Shown here in pieces: positions 29,621 to 38,836 of a stretch of DNA of 64,000 bases. The first letter of the stretch is position 1. Every line of letters begins with the position of its first letter. The position numbers were made by a program, and so were the translations under genes. The stretch comes from an uncultured candidate division Zixibacteria bacterium (GTDB lineage Bacteria; Zixibacteria; MSB-5A5; GN15; PGXB01), in NCBI GenBank assembly GCA_963702205.1, contig OY969724.1:832001-896000 (forward strand), given 5' to 3'. Below the pieces are notes generated by a model. The model was not told the origin of the DNA, ran no database searches, and was given only the letters and a program-made list of their open reading frames with translations.

Positions 29621-30700
29621 TTATTTGCAGCCGCAATCGGGATCGTCACAGTCGACCAGCCCGTCGCAGTCGTTATCGATGCCGTCGTCACAAATCTCCG
29701 TCGCTCCGGGATTGATGGTTGCATCGCTGTCATCACAATCCGGCGAGGTGCAGCAGGGACCGCCAACGCCGTAACCGTCGCCATCGGCGTCGATCGTACA
29801 ACCGCAATCAGGATCGTCACAATCGGTCAGGCCGTCGCAGTCGTTATCGATGCCGTCGTCACAAATCTCCGTCGCCCCAGGGTTGACGGAAGCATCGTTG
29901 TCGTCACAGTCCGGCACACTGCAACACGCGGTGCCTTCCGCTCCGTAGCCGTCGTTATCCGCGTCGGTGCAGCCGCAATCGAAATCATCACAATCGATAA
30001 AGCCGTCACAGTCGTTGTCGATACCGTCGCCGCAAATTTCGGCCGCTCCCGGGTTGGCGCTGGCATCAGAGTCGTCGCAATCGGCGGGTTGCCCGTCGGT
30101 ATCGTCCGGATCGCTGGGGTCGCACCGATCATAGCCGTCGTTGTCGAGGTCGGCGCACTTGTCCGGACCGCAGAAACCACCGCCGTCGAGCTGGGCCCAG
30201 CGAGTTCCGTCACAGTAACACGGCTCGTTCTGGGTACCATCGTAGTACAAACTGCCCTGGCGGGAATTGTCGCACGGGGGTGGTGAATCGGTCGCGATCA
30301 GCTGCAAAGAGCGGGCATTGTACGCGTATGGCACGGACACCAGCTGCATGCGGGGGGAGATTTCTTCACCATCGACGGTAATGCTCAAAAACCGGTCCGG
30401 ACGGTTGAAAACGGTGTCGGGCAGACCGGCCACCGACCCCAGCAGAACCGCGCACAATCCATCGGTGACCGTAACCGATGAATGGGTCTCCGACCATTTC
30501 TCATCACCGCCGGTCGGTGCGTCCCATATTTTAAATATGAGTTCGTAGGACCCGTCCGGAACGGGGGCGCCGAGATTGTCGGTGATGCGCCCCTGATAAT
30601 TGATCAATTCCGGGATATCGGCCATCGATCTCATTGGAGTCAAAAGCGCGGCCATCAGCGCGGCAAGCGCGATAGACGGCAAAATCACTTTTCGTTTCAT
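29621..30700 (-). CDS. Secreted protein: INYQG N-domain plus three MopE-like Asp/Cys-rich metal-binding repeats
   Basis: LINYQGRITD; three copies of DCDDxDAxxNPGAxEICxDGIDNDCDG. Confidence 0.85.
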   Translation of the reverse strand: MKRKVILPSIALAALMAALLTPMRSMADIPELINYQGRITDNLGAPVPDGSYELIFKIWDAPTGGDEKWSETHSSVTVTDGLCAVLLGSVAGLPDTVFNRPDRFLSITVDGEEISPRMQLVSVPYAYNARSLQLIATDSPPPCDNSRQGSLYYDGTQNEPCYCDGTRWAQLDGGGFCGPDKCADLDNDGYDRCDPSDPDDTDGQPADCDDSDASANPGAAEICGDGIDNDCDGFIDCDDFDCGCTDADNDGYGAEGTACCSVPDCDDNDASVNPGATEICDDGIDNDCDGLTDCDDPDCGCTIDADGDGYGVGGPCCTSPDCDDSDATINPGATEICDDGIDNDCDGLVDCDDPDCGCK

Positions 30701-30752
30701 CTATATTCTCCTCGTTATTGTGTTGGCGTTTTAATATTCAATAATGCTGCAA

Positions 30753-31313
30753 TCAACTCGGGCATATCGGGGCGGGTCCGGCGGGGGAACCGTAAACGTA
30801 GTCGATGGTGTATAGGATGTCGAGCAGGTTGACCGTATGATCTCCGTTGGCATCCAGCAGTTCATCGCATCCGTTGGGATTGGGCGGATCGCCGAATGCT
30901 CCGTTGTACACGTATGATATCGTAAACAGGATATCGAGCAAGTTTATGAGATGGTCGCTGTTGGCGTCTCCGGGTGTGCCCCACGCCTGACAGCAGTTCC
31001 CGGCTCCACCGGAGAAATCCTGCCAGAAGCCGTGGCGGATACCATAAGAAGAAGACGTCCCGGACCCGGAAGCGGTTTGCCCGACGGTACTGCCGAGCGT
31101 GTAATTGGCCGACGAGCCGCTATTTGTTCCTCCCGATGAAATGACCTGCCAGTTGATTTGTTCGCCGGCGGCGACGTCGGACGTTGTCTGGTCGGACGTA
31201 TTATCTGATGGCCTTTCAGACACGTCTGGTGCTACCGGGTCGGACAGCACCGGCACCGACATGATGGTAATCAGGACTATCACGGCGCCGCATAATAAAT
31301 ATTTTCGTGACAT
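30753..31313 (-). CDS. Small secreted adaptor-dockerin protein
   Basis: Start MSRKYLLCG with RBS GGAGG; WQVISSGG..YTLGSTVGQ..HGFWQ; CCQAWGTPGDANSD dockerin. Confidence 0.88.
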   Translation of the reverse strand: MSRKYLLCGAVIVLITIMSVPVLSDPVAPDVSERPSDNTSDQTTSDVAAGEQINWQVISSGGTNSGSSANYTLGSTVGQTASGSGTSSSYGIRHGFWQDFSGGAGNCCQAWGTPGDANSDHLINLLDILFTISYVYNGAFGDPPNPNGCDELLDANGDHTVNLLDILYTIDYVYGSPAGPAPICPS

Positions 31314-31332
31314 ACTTTGCCTCCCTAAAGAG

Positions 31333-33391
31333 TTATCTGGCATCGGCCAGTTTTGATTCAGGTTTGGTATTTGAGTTATGGGCCAACATCGTCTCAACCA
31401 GTGTGGTTAAATGGTCCACCCTCGCCTGCAGCAGTTCGTTTTCGGATTTTAATTGCTTGATCGCTTCCACGAGCACAGGTGTAACACGTCCATAATCCAC
31501 CGAATAATACCCGTCGGAGCCCCGGGAGACTACTTCGGGCAGGGTTTGCATGATCTCCTGAGCAATAAACCCAACCTGACGTTTGTTATTGAAATGCTTT
31601 TCAGGATATTCGTCCCGGCGCCAGTCGAACCGAACCCCGCGCAGTCTTGACACGGCCTCGAGAGCATTGCCGATGGGCTCGACATTTTTTTTGAAACGTC
31701 CGTCAGAACAGGGTCCGATCGTTCCCGTGGCGCAAATGTCGCCGTCAACCGTAAGTTTGAAAGTCGGTGTTGGCGTGCCAAGACCGACCATTGTTCCCGG
31801 ATTCTGGGCCAGGAGGCAGGTTCCCACGGCAGTCAGGGCCCCGGTCGGGGTGACCTCGGTACTGCACCTGCATCGTGGATTCGTCTGTCAATTTTAAGCC
31901 TGTTGAACCGCTTGCTTCGAGCACGTGGGGTATAGACCACGAGCGCAAGCCCGAAGGAGAAATGGCCGCCGAATCCGAACTGCCTGAGGACGGAGATATA
32001 AAAGTCTCGGTTGGACCATCCAGGGTATACATTTGAAGGGTCAAAGACGGTTCGTCGGTCGGCAAAGCGTCAATCGGTTTAGCCGCCATGAATAGAGGGT
32101 CGGCGGGTGAAGAATAACCAAGAGAAAATAATTCTGTCGGCTCGCTCTGACCAGCCTGTTGTTTTTTAATTATGACGCGCCCGCCGCCGCCGGCATCTCG
32201 CCGTAACTCGACACCGTCTTCGCCCGATGAACCGATATTGGAAATCACCAATTTGTCTGGCTCGAGACGGGCGACGTGCGTATCCGACGCGACAACGTCG
32301 ATTATTTCCGCTTTATTCATGGCGTAGGCGGCGCTGTCGTTATCGCTGCTTGAGAGCCGCAGACCACTTTGAGGTTGAAAATCAAGGTTATATACTATAT
32401 CAAAAAATGAATCAACCATGAGCATGGATGATCCGGTACTATCGGCATTCATGCTCAGGTCGGCGTCCGGCTCGTCGGTTGCCGCGGATGGCCGGTGAAG
32501 CGTAATCTCATGGGGGGCAAGAGAGGTCAGCGGCCCGGTTGTCGGATCACTAAGTGTCAGCCCACTCGGTTTGTAATCGATGCGATAGTCGATGTCGAAG
32601 AACGAATCGAGTTCAAACGTCATGGCCGTGTCTTCGGCGTCACCGAAAAAGACAATATGACCACCGTCGTCATCACTTGACAGGCTGAGATGCGGATGCG
32701 GCTGGATTTGCCCGAAATCCTGGCGAATAAAGTTTATGCTCGAACCGGTGTCGGAGGCCCCTCCGGTAATGCCCTTTTTTCCGTCCGTTGAAATGTTCGT
32801 AATGGCGAGGAATGTATAACCGCTCGACGCGGATATTTCTGCTGATCCGCCGGAACCGCCGCCACCGTAGTTTAAACGCAGATCACTGCTGGAATCGGTC
32901 GCGGACAAATCAATGCGGGATTCGCCACCCAGATGCTGCAGATTCAATGTCCCCGGGCTGGAGCTGACGTCGCCGGAAAGACGCCCCGCTACAGCCGAAT
33001 AAGGCGCCGCAGCCAATCGGACTCGAGGCTCGATAAGAGTGCCGTCGAATTCGATTTGCAGCCATCTTTCCGGACAGCCGGACATAAGTGTATCACATCC
33101 AGGAGGCTGGATAACGTCCAGGGGGATGGGATTAACGGCGCCGAGATTGGTACTGAACAAGCCGCTGGACGTCTGTAGATTACGCGTTTCAGTCCACAGC
33201 ATGGAGCCGCCAGTCGAGTCGTCCCAGATGCTGAATACAACAGCATAAGATCCATCACTCACAAGAGACCCGCTCGAGTTGTGGACCTGGGCTTGGTATG
33301 GGACTTTAATTTCTTCGTAATTGAACGCCTGTGAGTGTCCGCAAACCAGGAGGCACAAAGCCGTAACTATGAAAATGGTAGGGTCTTTCAT
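31333..33391 (-). CDS. About 685-aa secreted fibre-like protein with C-terminal Peptidase_S74/intramolecular chaperone domain; +1 frameshift at 31858
   Basis: N-domain VPYQAQV..Y.VVFSIWD..GG..LWTE. Removing one G from GGTACT (31858-31863) joins it to SDGRFKKNV..LRGVRFDW..GFIAQE..YYSVDY..LVEAIKQL plus coiled coil. Confidence 0.85.
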
Positions 33392-33493
33392 CTGCTCCTT
33401 CTTTCTTTAAAAAAATCACTGCCTGCGCTGGAAATGGCGTGTCCCGGAAAACACGGCTTGCACAGGAACCAAACAGGAACGGATGAGTTAAAG

Positions 33494-33631
33494 TATTGAC
33501 GGATGCAAATCGATGATTAAATTATGAAGCGCTCTTCCTTCGCGGGAAGAGTGCACAGCGGTTTGACGGGCGTGAGCTTACCGGTTCTGCCCGTCGAGCC
33601 ATAATTTTATCCGTTCATCGCCGTTTCAATA
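33494..33631 (+). ncRNA. Candidate structured RNA (two long hairpins closed by an imperfect basal stem); family unknown
   Basis: gcgctcttcc/ggaagagtgc, ggtttgacgggc/gcccgtcgagcc, aaattat/ataattt, cgatga/tcatcg; G.U pairs favour the + strand. Confidence 0.35.
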
Positions 33632-33712
33632 AGACAATTCCTGACACATTGATAATAAAAAAATCCCAACCTCCTTTCCCAGCGTCAAAGATACACCATA
33701 ATTTCCTCTATA

Positions 33713-34465
33713 TTAAGTTCGTTCGATTCCGCTAATGGCGTCGAGCGTGAATGGTCCGCGGTAATGTTCGACCTCGCTGTAATCGTCTTTCGAATTCTCG
33801 TATCCGATGATTATGAGCCTGGCCCCGGCCCGCCGCACGTCGTCGGTCAGATCGCGGATGAGTTCGTCCAAATTCGCCTCGTTTGGAACGCCGTCGAGGA
33901 TTATGTAATCCGGTTGGAAGGAATGAAGAATAGTCGAGCACTGATAACCGGACCGGGCGACCCTGACCTCGCAATTGAAATTAACGGCGTCGCTTTTCAT
34001 TCGTGAGGCAGTCTCCTCTTTGCCCGTGACGAGGATTATTTTGGCCGGTCGGGCCCGGACTGCTTTATAGTAGTCACAGCTTTCGCAGGAGTCGAGGCAG
34101 AATACGGCGTTGTGGCCGCCGCTCAGTCCGGATTTAATCAATTCATAGCAGCGCAAGGTTCGGGACCTGAAACAGATACATTTTTTGCAGTCACCGTGGA
34201 TTTTTCCTTTTTTCGCATGAAATTCCCAGCAATAAGCCTGGTTCTTACCAAGACGATCCAAAGGCACACCTGATCGACGCTTTTGCATAAATTCAATCAG
34301 ATGAGAACGAGGCACCCGGTAATGCCCACCGGCTGTTCTGTTTGCAGGGAGTTTGCCCGCCCTGATCCATTTGACGACGGAGTCACGCTTGACGGCGCAC
34401 AATTTGGCGATTTCACCGGAAGAAAAATACTCTCTGCGAGGGATTTGTATGTGAGTATCTTCCAA
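33713..34465 (-). CDS. Excisionase/MerR-like HTH plus Cys-rich domain plus receiver-like domain regulator
   Basis: FSSGEIAKLCAV..VVKWI..RTAGGHYRV; CWEF..CKKCIC..C..C..CESCDYY; PDYIILD. Confidence 0.8.
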   Translation of the reverse strand: MEDTHIQIPRREYFSSGEIAKLCAVKRDSVVKWIRAGKLPANRTAGGHYRVPRSHLIEFMQKRRSGVPLDRLGKNQAYCWEFHAKKGKIHGDCKKCICFRSRTLRCYELIKSGLSGGHNAVFCLDSCESCDYYKAVRARPAKIILVTGKEETASRMKSDAVNFNCEVRVARSGYQCSTILHSFQPDYIILDGVPNEANLDELIRDLTDDVRRAGARLIIIGYENSKDDYSEVEHYRGPFTLDAISGIERT

Positions 34466-34616
34466 AATAATATCCCGCCAATATTATTCGTTTTATTTAT
34501 TTTATTTGATTTTTAAATATAGGCGTGTTTGAATGATATGTCAAGGATTACTTTGTTTCGGGCCTAAAACCAGCATCGGGCCCGGCTTATTCCCCTGGAC
34601 GGTATGAAATTAATCC

Positions 34617-34645
34617 AAAAAAAGGCGGCCATCCCGACCGCCTTT
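34617..34645 (-). terminator. Rho-independent terminator
   Basis: aggcgg/ccgcct stem with a 7-U tail on the minus strand. Confidence 0.7.
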
Positions 34646-34656
34646 AATAAGATCGA

Positions 34657-35028
34657 CTATTTCCCGCATTCTTTATTGCCGTGGAAAGCCGGTTCATCAC
34701 ACGGATTGCCGCCGGTTATCAGGGAGCCGTTCAGGTAATCCATAACGACGTCGTCAGGTTTTGCGGCCCTGGCCCCGATAACAACCTGTATTCCGTTTTG
34801 TCGGAACATCTGCACGGCCCGTCCGCCCATACCTCCGGCTATAATCAGGTTGCATCCCATCTGGGCCAGCCAGGCGGGGAATACGCCCGGTTCGTGGGGA
34901 GGCGGCGTCAGCGTTTCCGATCCGGATATTTTCTTTTCTTCCGGATCGACGTCAACCACGGTAAAATTCTGGCAGTGCCCGAAATGAGGACACAGCAGGC
35001 CGTCGGCGGTCGGGATTGCGATTTTCAT
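34657..35028 (-). CDS. NifB/NifX-family (dinitrogenase FeMo-cofactor-like) protein
   Basis: MKIAIP, HFGHC, PHEPG, IIAGGMG. Confidence 0.9.
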   Translation of the reverse strand: MKIAIPTADGLLCPHFGHCQNFTVVDVDPEEKKISGSETLTPPPHEPGVFPAWLAQMGCNLIIAGGMGGRAVQMFRQNGIQVVIGARAAKPDDVVMDYLNGSLITGGNPCDEPAFHGNKECGK

Positions 35029-35029
35029 G

Positions 35030-36004
35030 TCAATGCTCCTTGTTGATATTATTGAATTGTAAAAGCTCTTTTCTCTCTGAAAAGCGATCGTTTGCATTTG
35101 AATTCATGTCTTTATTGATATTTTCCCAAAGCTCGGCTATGAGATTCGCACCACCGCTTTTGTACTCCGCATAGGGGACACCCTCGATCTGGGCCTTTAT
35201 GAAATCGGTATCATAAGGGATGTGAGAAAGTATTTTTATTTTTTTCGGAGTGACGAATTTTTCTATTTCGTCGCATAACTCCGGATTTATATCGTACTTA
35301 TTGATGCACACGCCGGTTTTTATTCCGAAGTGCTCGGTCAACTCGATCAGTCGTTGCATGTCGTGCAGGGCCGATACGGTCGGTTCACTTACCATAAGAG
35401 CGTAATCGATACCGGTCAGCGAGGCAATGACGGGGCATCCGATTCCGGGCGATCCGTCGACTATAATCAAGTCCAGCCTGTTTTTTACAGCCATATCCCG
35501 GGCGGCCTTTCTCAGCACCGAGACCAGCTTGCCCGAATTGGCCTCGGCCATGCCCAACTTTGCATGCACCATGGGACCGTATTTGGTGTGACTGACAAAC
35601 CAGTTGCCGCTGACGTGGTCTTTCATTTTGATGGCACCCTCGGGGCAAAATTCGACACAGACGCCACAGCCCTCACAGGCGATTTCTTCGATGTACTTGT
35701 CGGTATTGGTGCCGTTTATTTTTACGGGTTTTTCTTTTACGGCATCAAAACGACAATAGTCAGTGCAGATATCACAGTCGATACAGGCTGCTTCGATAAT
35801 TTCCGCCTTTTGCCCGCCGATAAATTCTTTCGATATAACGGTTTCGGCTTGGAGAATAAGATGCAGATCGGCGGCGTCGACGTCACAATCGACCATAATC
35901 TTGTTTTTGGCTATATAGGCGAGCGACCCGGATACACTGGTCTTGCCGGTACCGCCCTTGCCGCTTATGACCGCAATTTCTTTGATTTTATTAGCCATGC
36001 TCAC
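35030..36004 (-). CDS. MinD/ParA-like P-loop ATPase with inserted 2x[4Fe-4S] domain
   Basis: SGKGGTGKT, DCDVDA, CIDCDICTDYC, CEGCGVCVEFC, NSGKLV, DGSPGIGCP. Confidence 0.92.
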   Translation of the reverse strand: MSMANKIKEIAVISGKGGTGKTSVSGSLAYIAKNKIMVDCDVDAADLHLILQAETVISKEFIGGQKAEIIEAACIDCDICTDYCRFDAVKEKPVKINGTNTDKYIEEIACEGCGVCVEFCPEGAIKMKDHVSGNWFVSHTKYGPMVHAKLGMAEANSGKLVSVLRKAARDMAVKNRLDLIIVDGSPGIGCPVIASLTGIDYALMVSEPTVSALHDMQRLIELTEHFGIKTGVCINKYDINPELCDEIEKFVTPKKIKILSHIPYDTDFIKAQIEGVPYAEYKSGGANLIAELWENINKDMNSNANDRFSERKELLQFNNINKEH

Positions 36005-36858
36005 GCTCCCGCTGCTTTCCGACGTGATCTGAGATTCGCCATCAATTTTTCGAATAGTACATTATATTCCGGCAGGGTATCGACAAGCAGTCGACCGTCC
36101 GAACATACTTCGGCAATGCGACGATCGTTCGGGATTTCGAGAAGAATGTCTATGCCCTGCCTGTCACAGAATTTGTAGACCCGATCATCGCCTATGCCCT
36201 GCCGATTGATAACGACGCCGAAGGGAAGATTCAACGCCCGGACCATGGATATGGCGAGGGACAGGTCGTTCAAACCGAACGGAGTCGGTTCCGTGACGAG
36301 GATCACGTAATCGGTGCCGGATACCGCTTCGATGACCGGACACGACGTTCCCGGCGGGGAGTCTATTATGGTATAGTCCGCCGGTACAATCAACTCTTTA
36401 AGCTGCTTTATAATCGGCGGCACCAGCGCCTCGCCGATGTTCAGCCTGCCTTCATAGACAACGACATTTCTCGATCTTCCCGTTCTTATAGTGCCGATAG
36501 CACGGTCAATTTCGTCTATGGCCTTTTGAGGGCATATGTGGAAGCATCCCCCGCAACCGTGGCATAGTGATGGGAATAACAGCACCTTGTCGGGCAGGAC
36601 GGCCAGGGCGTTGAAGTGACAGATTTCGGCGCACTTGCCGCAAAAATCACATTTGTCGTAGTCGAAGCGGGGGATTTTGACCGCGACGAGGCGGGTTTTA
36701 TCCCATTCCGGTTTCAAGAACAGGTGCCCGTTGGGTTCTTCTACGTCACAATCGGCATATACGGTTCTGTTCCCGAGGTTCGTCAGGAAAAGGGCCAGAT
36801 TGGTTGCGAGCGTTGTTTTCCCGGTTCCGCCTTTTCCGCTGGCTATTGCGATTTTCAA
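36001..36858 (-). CDS. MinD/ParA-like P-loop ATPase with inserted 2x[4Fe-4S] domain
   Basis: SGKGGTGKT, DCDVEEPN, CDFCGKCAEIC, CHGCGGCFHIC, DSPPGTSCP. Confidence 0.92.
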   Translation of the reverse strand: MKIAIASGKGGTGKTTLATNLALFLTNLGNRTVYADCDVEEPNGHLFLKPEWDKTRLVAVKIPRFDYDKCDFCGKCAEICHFNALAVLPDKVLLFPSLCHGCGGCFHICPQKAIDEIDRAIGTIRTGRSRNVVVYEGRLNIGEALVPPIIKQLKELIVPADYTIIDSPPGTSCPVIEAVSGTDYVILVTEPTPFGLNDLSLAISMVRALNLPFGVVINRQGIGDDRVYKFCDRQGIDILLEIPNDRRIAEVCSDGRLLVDTLPEYNVLFEKLMANLRSRRKAAGA

Positions 36859-36873
36859 GCTGTGGCTGTCTCC

Positions 36874-37164
36874 TTACCGTTTTCTTGTCATATTTGCGCC
36901 GCATTTGGGGCATTTGACGTCATAGCAGGGAACACCCTGCTGGTGTGGAGCCTGTTCACCGCAAGCAGGACAGATGCACGAACCGCCGGGACCTATTCCC
37001 TGGCCGCCCCCTCGACCTCGGCCGCCGCCTTGTCCCTGACCGCCTCCTTGTCCGCGGCCTCCGCCTTGACCTTGTCCGCTTCCCTGGCCTCGACCACCCC
37101 CACCGCCTCGGCCGGGCGGGTTCATATCTTTATATCTTTGAAATCCGTCTTTTTTGAAATCCAT
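36874..37164 (-). CDS. Small Gly/Arg-rich protein with C-terminal CxCxxC..CxxC metal finger
   Basis: GRGQG repeats; GPGGSCICPACG..PC..CPKCG. Confidence 0.75.
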   Translation of the reverse strand: MDFKKDGFQRYKDMNPPGRGGGGGRGQGSGQGQGGGRGQGGGQGQGGGRGRGGGQGIGPGGSCICPACGEQAPHQQGVPCYDVKCPKCGANMTRKR

Positions 37165-37166
37165 TG

Positions 37167-37538
37167 TTATACGTTGTCCTGTCTTTCTTTGGTTAAAACC
37201 TCGAGCCGCGCATTGACCTCGTCCAGTCTGCGGCTGAGTTCTTTGGCCTCGTCGCGCAAAAGGCCTATCTCGTTTTGCACGTCCATTTGAGGCGGTATGT
37301 TCACCTGCGGGATGCCCCGGTTTTGTCCATAAACGCGGGCCCAACCCGGTTGACCGGTGGCATTAAAGCCCCATCGGTTGCCTCTTCCCTTGCCTCGTCC
37401 GAGGCCGAAATTCCCTCGGGAACGCGGATTGACACCGCCGTTCATATAGCCGGGAACGTTATAGCCCGCACAAAGGCCCATGCCCCGTCCGGTCATAGGT
37501 CCTTCTCCCAAAGGGCCGGTTCTATCTCCTCTCGGCAT
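37167..37538 (-). CDS. DUF5320-like protein
   Basis: MPRGDRTGPLGEGPMTGRGMGLCAG; C-terminal coiled coil. Confidence 0.85.
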   Translation of the reverse strand: MPRGDRTGPLGEGPMTGRGMGLCAGYNVPGYMNGGVNPRSRGNFGLGRGKGRGNRWGFNATGQPGWARVYGQNRGIPQVNIPPQMDVQNEIGLLRDEAKELSRRLDEVNARLEVLTKERQDNV

Positions 37539-37556
37539 CTTATTGCTCCTCTCGAA

Positions 37557-37847
37557 TCATTGATTAATCGTATTTCTTGCGGAGTCATCGGATATCTCAA
37601 CCTTGTCGGTGATATCGATGACTTCGACTTTTTCGTAATTTCTTTCCAGAAGCTTATTCATTGCCTTACCCAGCAGTTGGCGGGAAAGGCTGTTTGGTTT
37701 GTGCAGGTCATTGAGAATGATCCCAACGACCGGGGCAACCAAAGAAGAATATTTGACGGCCCGTCCGGTCGGTGAGTTCATCATTCCCCTGAGCCGTCGG
37801 CGAATTCTGCCGTAATTTTCGCTATTTCCATCGTTTCGTTGCATCAC
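37557..37847 (-). CDS. Hypothetical protein within the orp-like operon
   Basis: Fills the gap between co-directional genes; no motif recognised. Confidence 0.55.
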   Translation of the reverse strand: MMQRNDGNSENYGRIRRRLRGMMNSPTGRAVKYSSLVAPVVGIILNDLHKPNSLSRQLLGKAMNKLLERNYEKVEVIDITDKVEISDDSARNTINQ

Positions 37848-37878
37848 CGTAGGCTATCCCTTTCTGCCGGGCACAGGC

Positions 37879-38241
37879 CTAAGTCCAATGTCCTTCGACG
37901 TTGGCGTCTTTAGCGTACTCAAGTCCTCCGCTTTTGGCTGCTTCTACGGCTTGGGTGATATTGCCAGATAACCGGAACGCCATTTTTATTCCCGCCGCAT
38001 TAAGAGTCGCGAAGGCCTTGGGTCCGAAATTCCCCGAAATTACGAGTTGGACGTTTTGTCTGACCACGTTCTGCGCGGCCTGTATCCCCGCACCCTGAGA
38101 CGCCTGCAGGTTTTGTGTGTTTTCCACGACGACGTATTGATCGGCATCGGTATCGTAAATTATGAAATACGCCGCCCGGCCGAATCTTTGATCGACGTTA
38201 CTATCCAGGTCTTTTCCGTCCGATGAAATCGCTATTTTCAT
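37879..38241 (-). CDS. NifB/NifX-family orange-protein-like metalloprotein
   Basis: MKIAIS, RFGRA, GAGIQAAQ, GNFGPKAF, ANVEGHW. Confidence 0.9.
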   Translation of the reverse strand: MKIAISSDGKDLDSNVDQRFGRAAYFIIYDTDADQYVVVENTQNLQASQGAGIQAAQNVVRQNVQLVISGNFGPKAFATLNAAGIKMAFRLSGNITQAVEAAKSGGLEYAKDANVEGHWT

Positions 38242-38269
38242 ATCGGTCTCCTTACTTTTCTCCGGCCTT

Positions 38270-38662
38270 TTAAAATCTTCCCCGCTGCCGGCGTCTTTTG
38301 CACCTCGGTCCCGAAAAATTGTCTCGACAACCGGGCTGAAAAAAGTCGCCGTTTTGAAGGACGCCTCTGTTGTAGGCAGCCAGAATGTCCGGCACCGACC
38401 CGCAGATAAAAGGCACTATTTCTATGTTCGCCGCAGCCATGTAATGATGCAGCTGCATGGAAATAGCGCCGCATATCAGCAGATCTACTTTTTTATTTTT
38501 TAGCAATTCGGCCTTAAGAATGTCGTGCAAGTGAGAGATGTCCAGAATCGTCCGGTCTGTCTCCCGCTTGTTTTCGTAGTCTATCACAAGCAGGCGACTG
38601 GCCATGTCCATCACCGGCGAAACCCGTTCATTCCATACCGATATTGCAATTCTTTTTGTCAT
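38270..38662 (-). CDS. NifB/NifX-like protein
   Basis: RVSPVMD, LLICGAIS, PGC..RRR tail. Confidence 0.85.
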   Translation of the reverse strand: MTKRIAISVWNERVSPVMDMASRLLVIDYENKRETDRTILDISHLHDILKAELLKNKKVDLLICGAISMQLHHYMAAANIEIVPFICGSVPDILAAYNRGVLQNGDFFQPGCRDNFSGPRCKRRRQRGRF

Positions 38663-38674
38663 ACCCGAATAGAA

Positions 38675-38690
38675 TACAAAAGGCGTGCCG
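38675..38690 (-). promoter_or_regulatory. Sigma54 -24/-12 promoter (variant -12) of the orp-like operon
   Basis: CGGCACGCCTTTTGTA on the minus strand (GG-N10-GT); TTGCATTATTGCAA palindrome at 38821-38834. Confidence 0.55.
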
Positions 38691-38836
38691 TACGTTGAGT
38701 GCGGAAGAAAATATGGCGTAAGATATTATTAGATTATAAGATAACGTTGATTCGTTTTTTGATGTTAAATTCGAGATATCAGGAAATATTTCATATTCGC
38801 AATTGATTTAGATATCATAATTGCATTATTGCAATA

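Noticed and set aside
32285..32320. Separate HU (hup) gene
   Set aside because: Only about 12 residues resemble HU; they are in frame inside the fibre protein and the rest of the HU fold is absent
16060..33391. Prophage tail-fibre region
   Set aside because: The fibre-like genes carry Sec signal peptides, and there are no capsid, terminase, tail or integrase genes
33713..34465. Excisionase of a mobile element
   Set aside because: The HTH is fused to sensory domains and no integrase is nearby
34657..38662. Nitrogen fixation genes
   Set aside because: NifX-like domains here sit in an orp-type context with no nifHDK or nifENB
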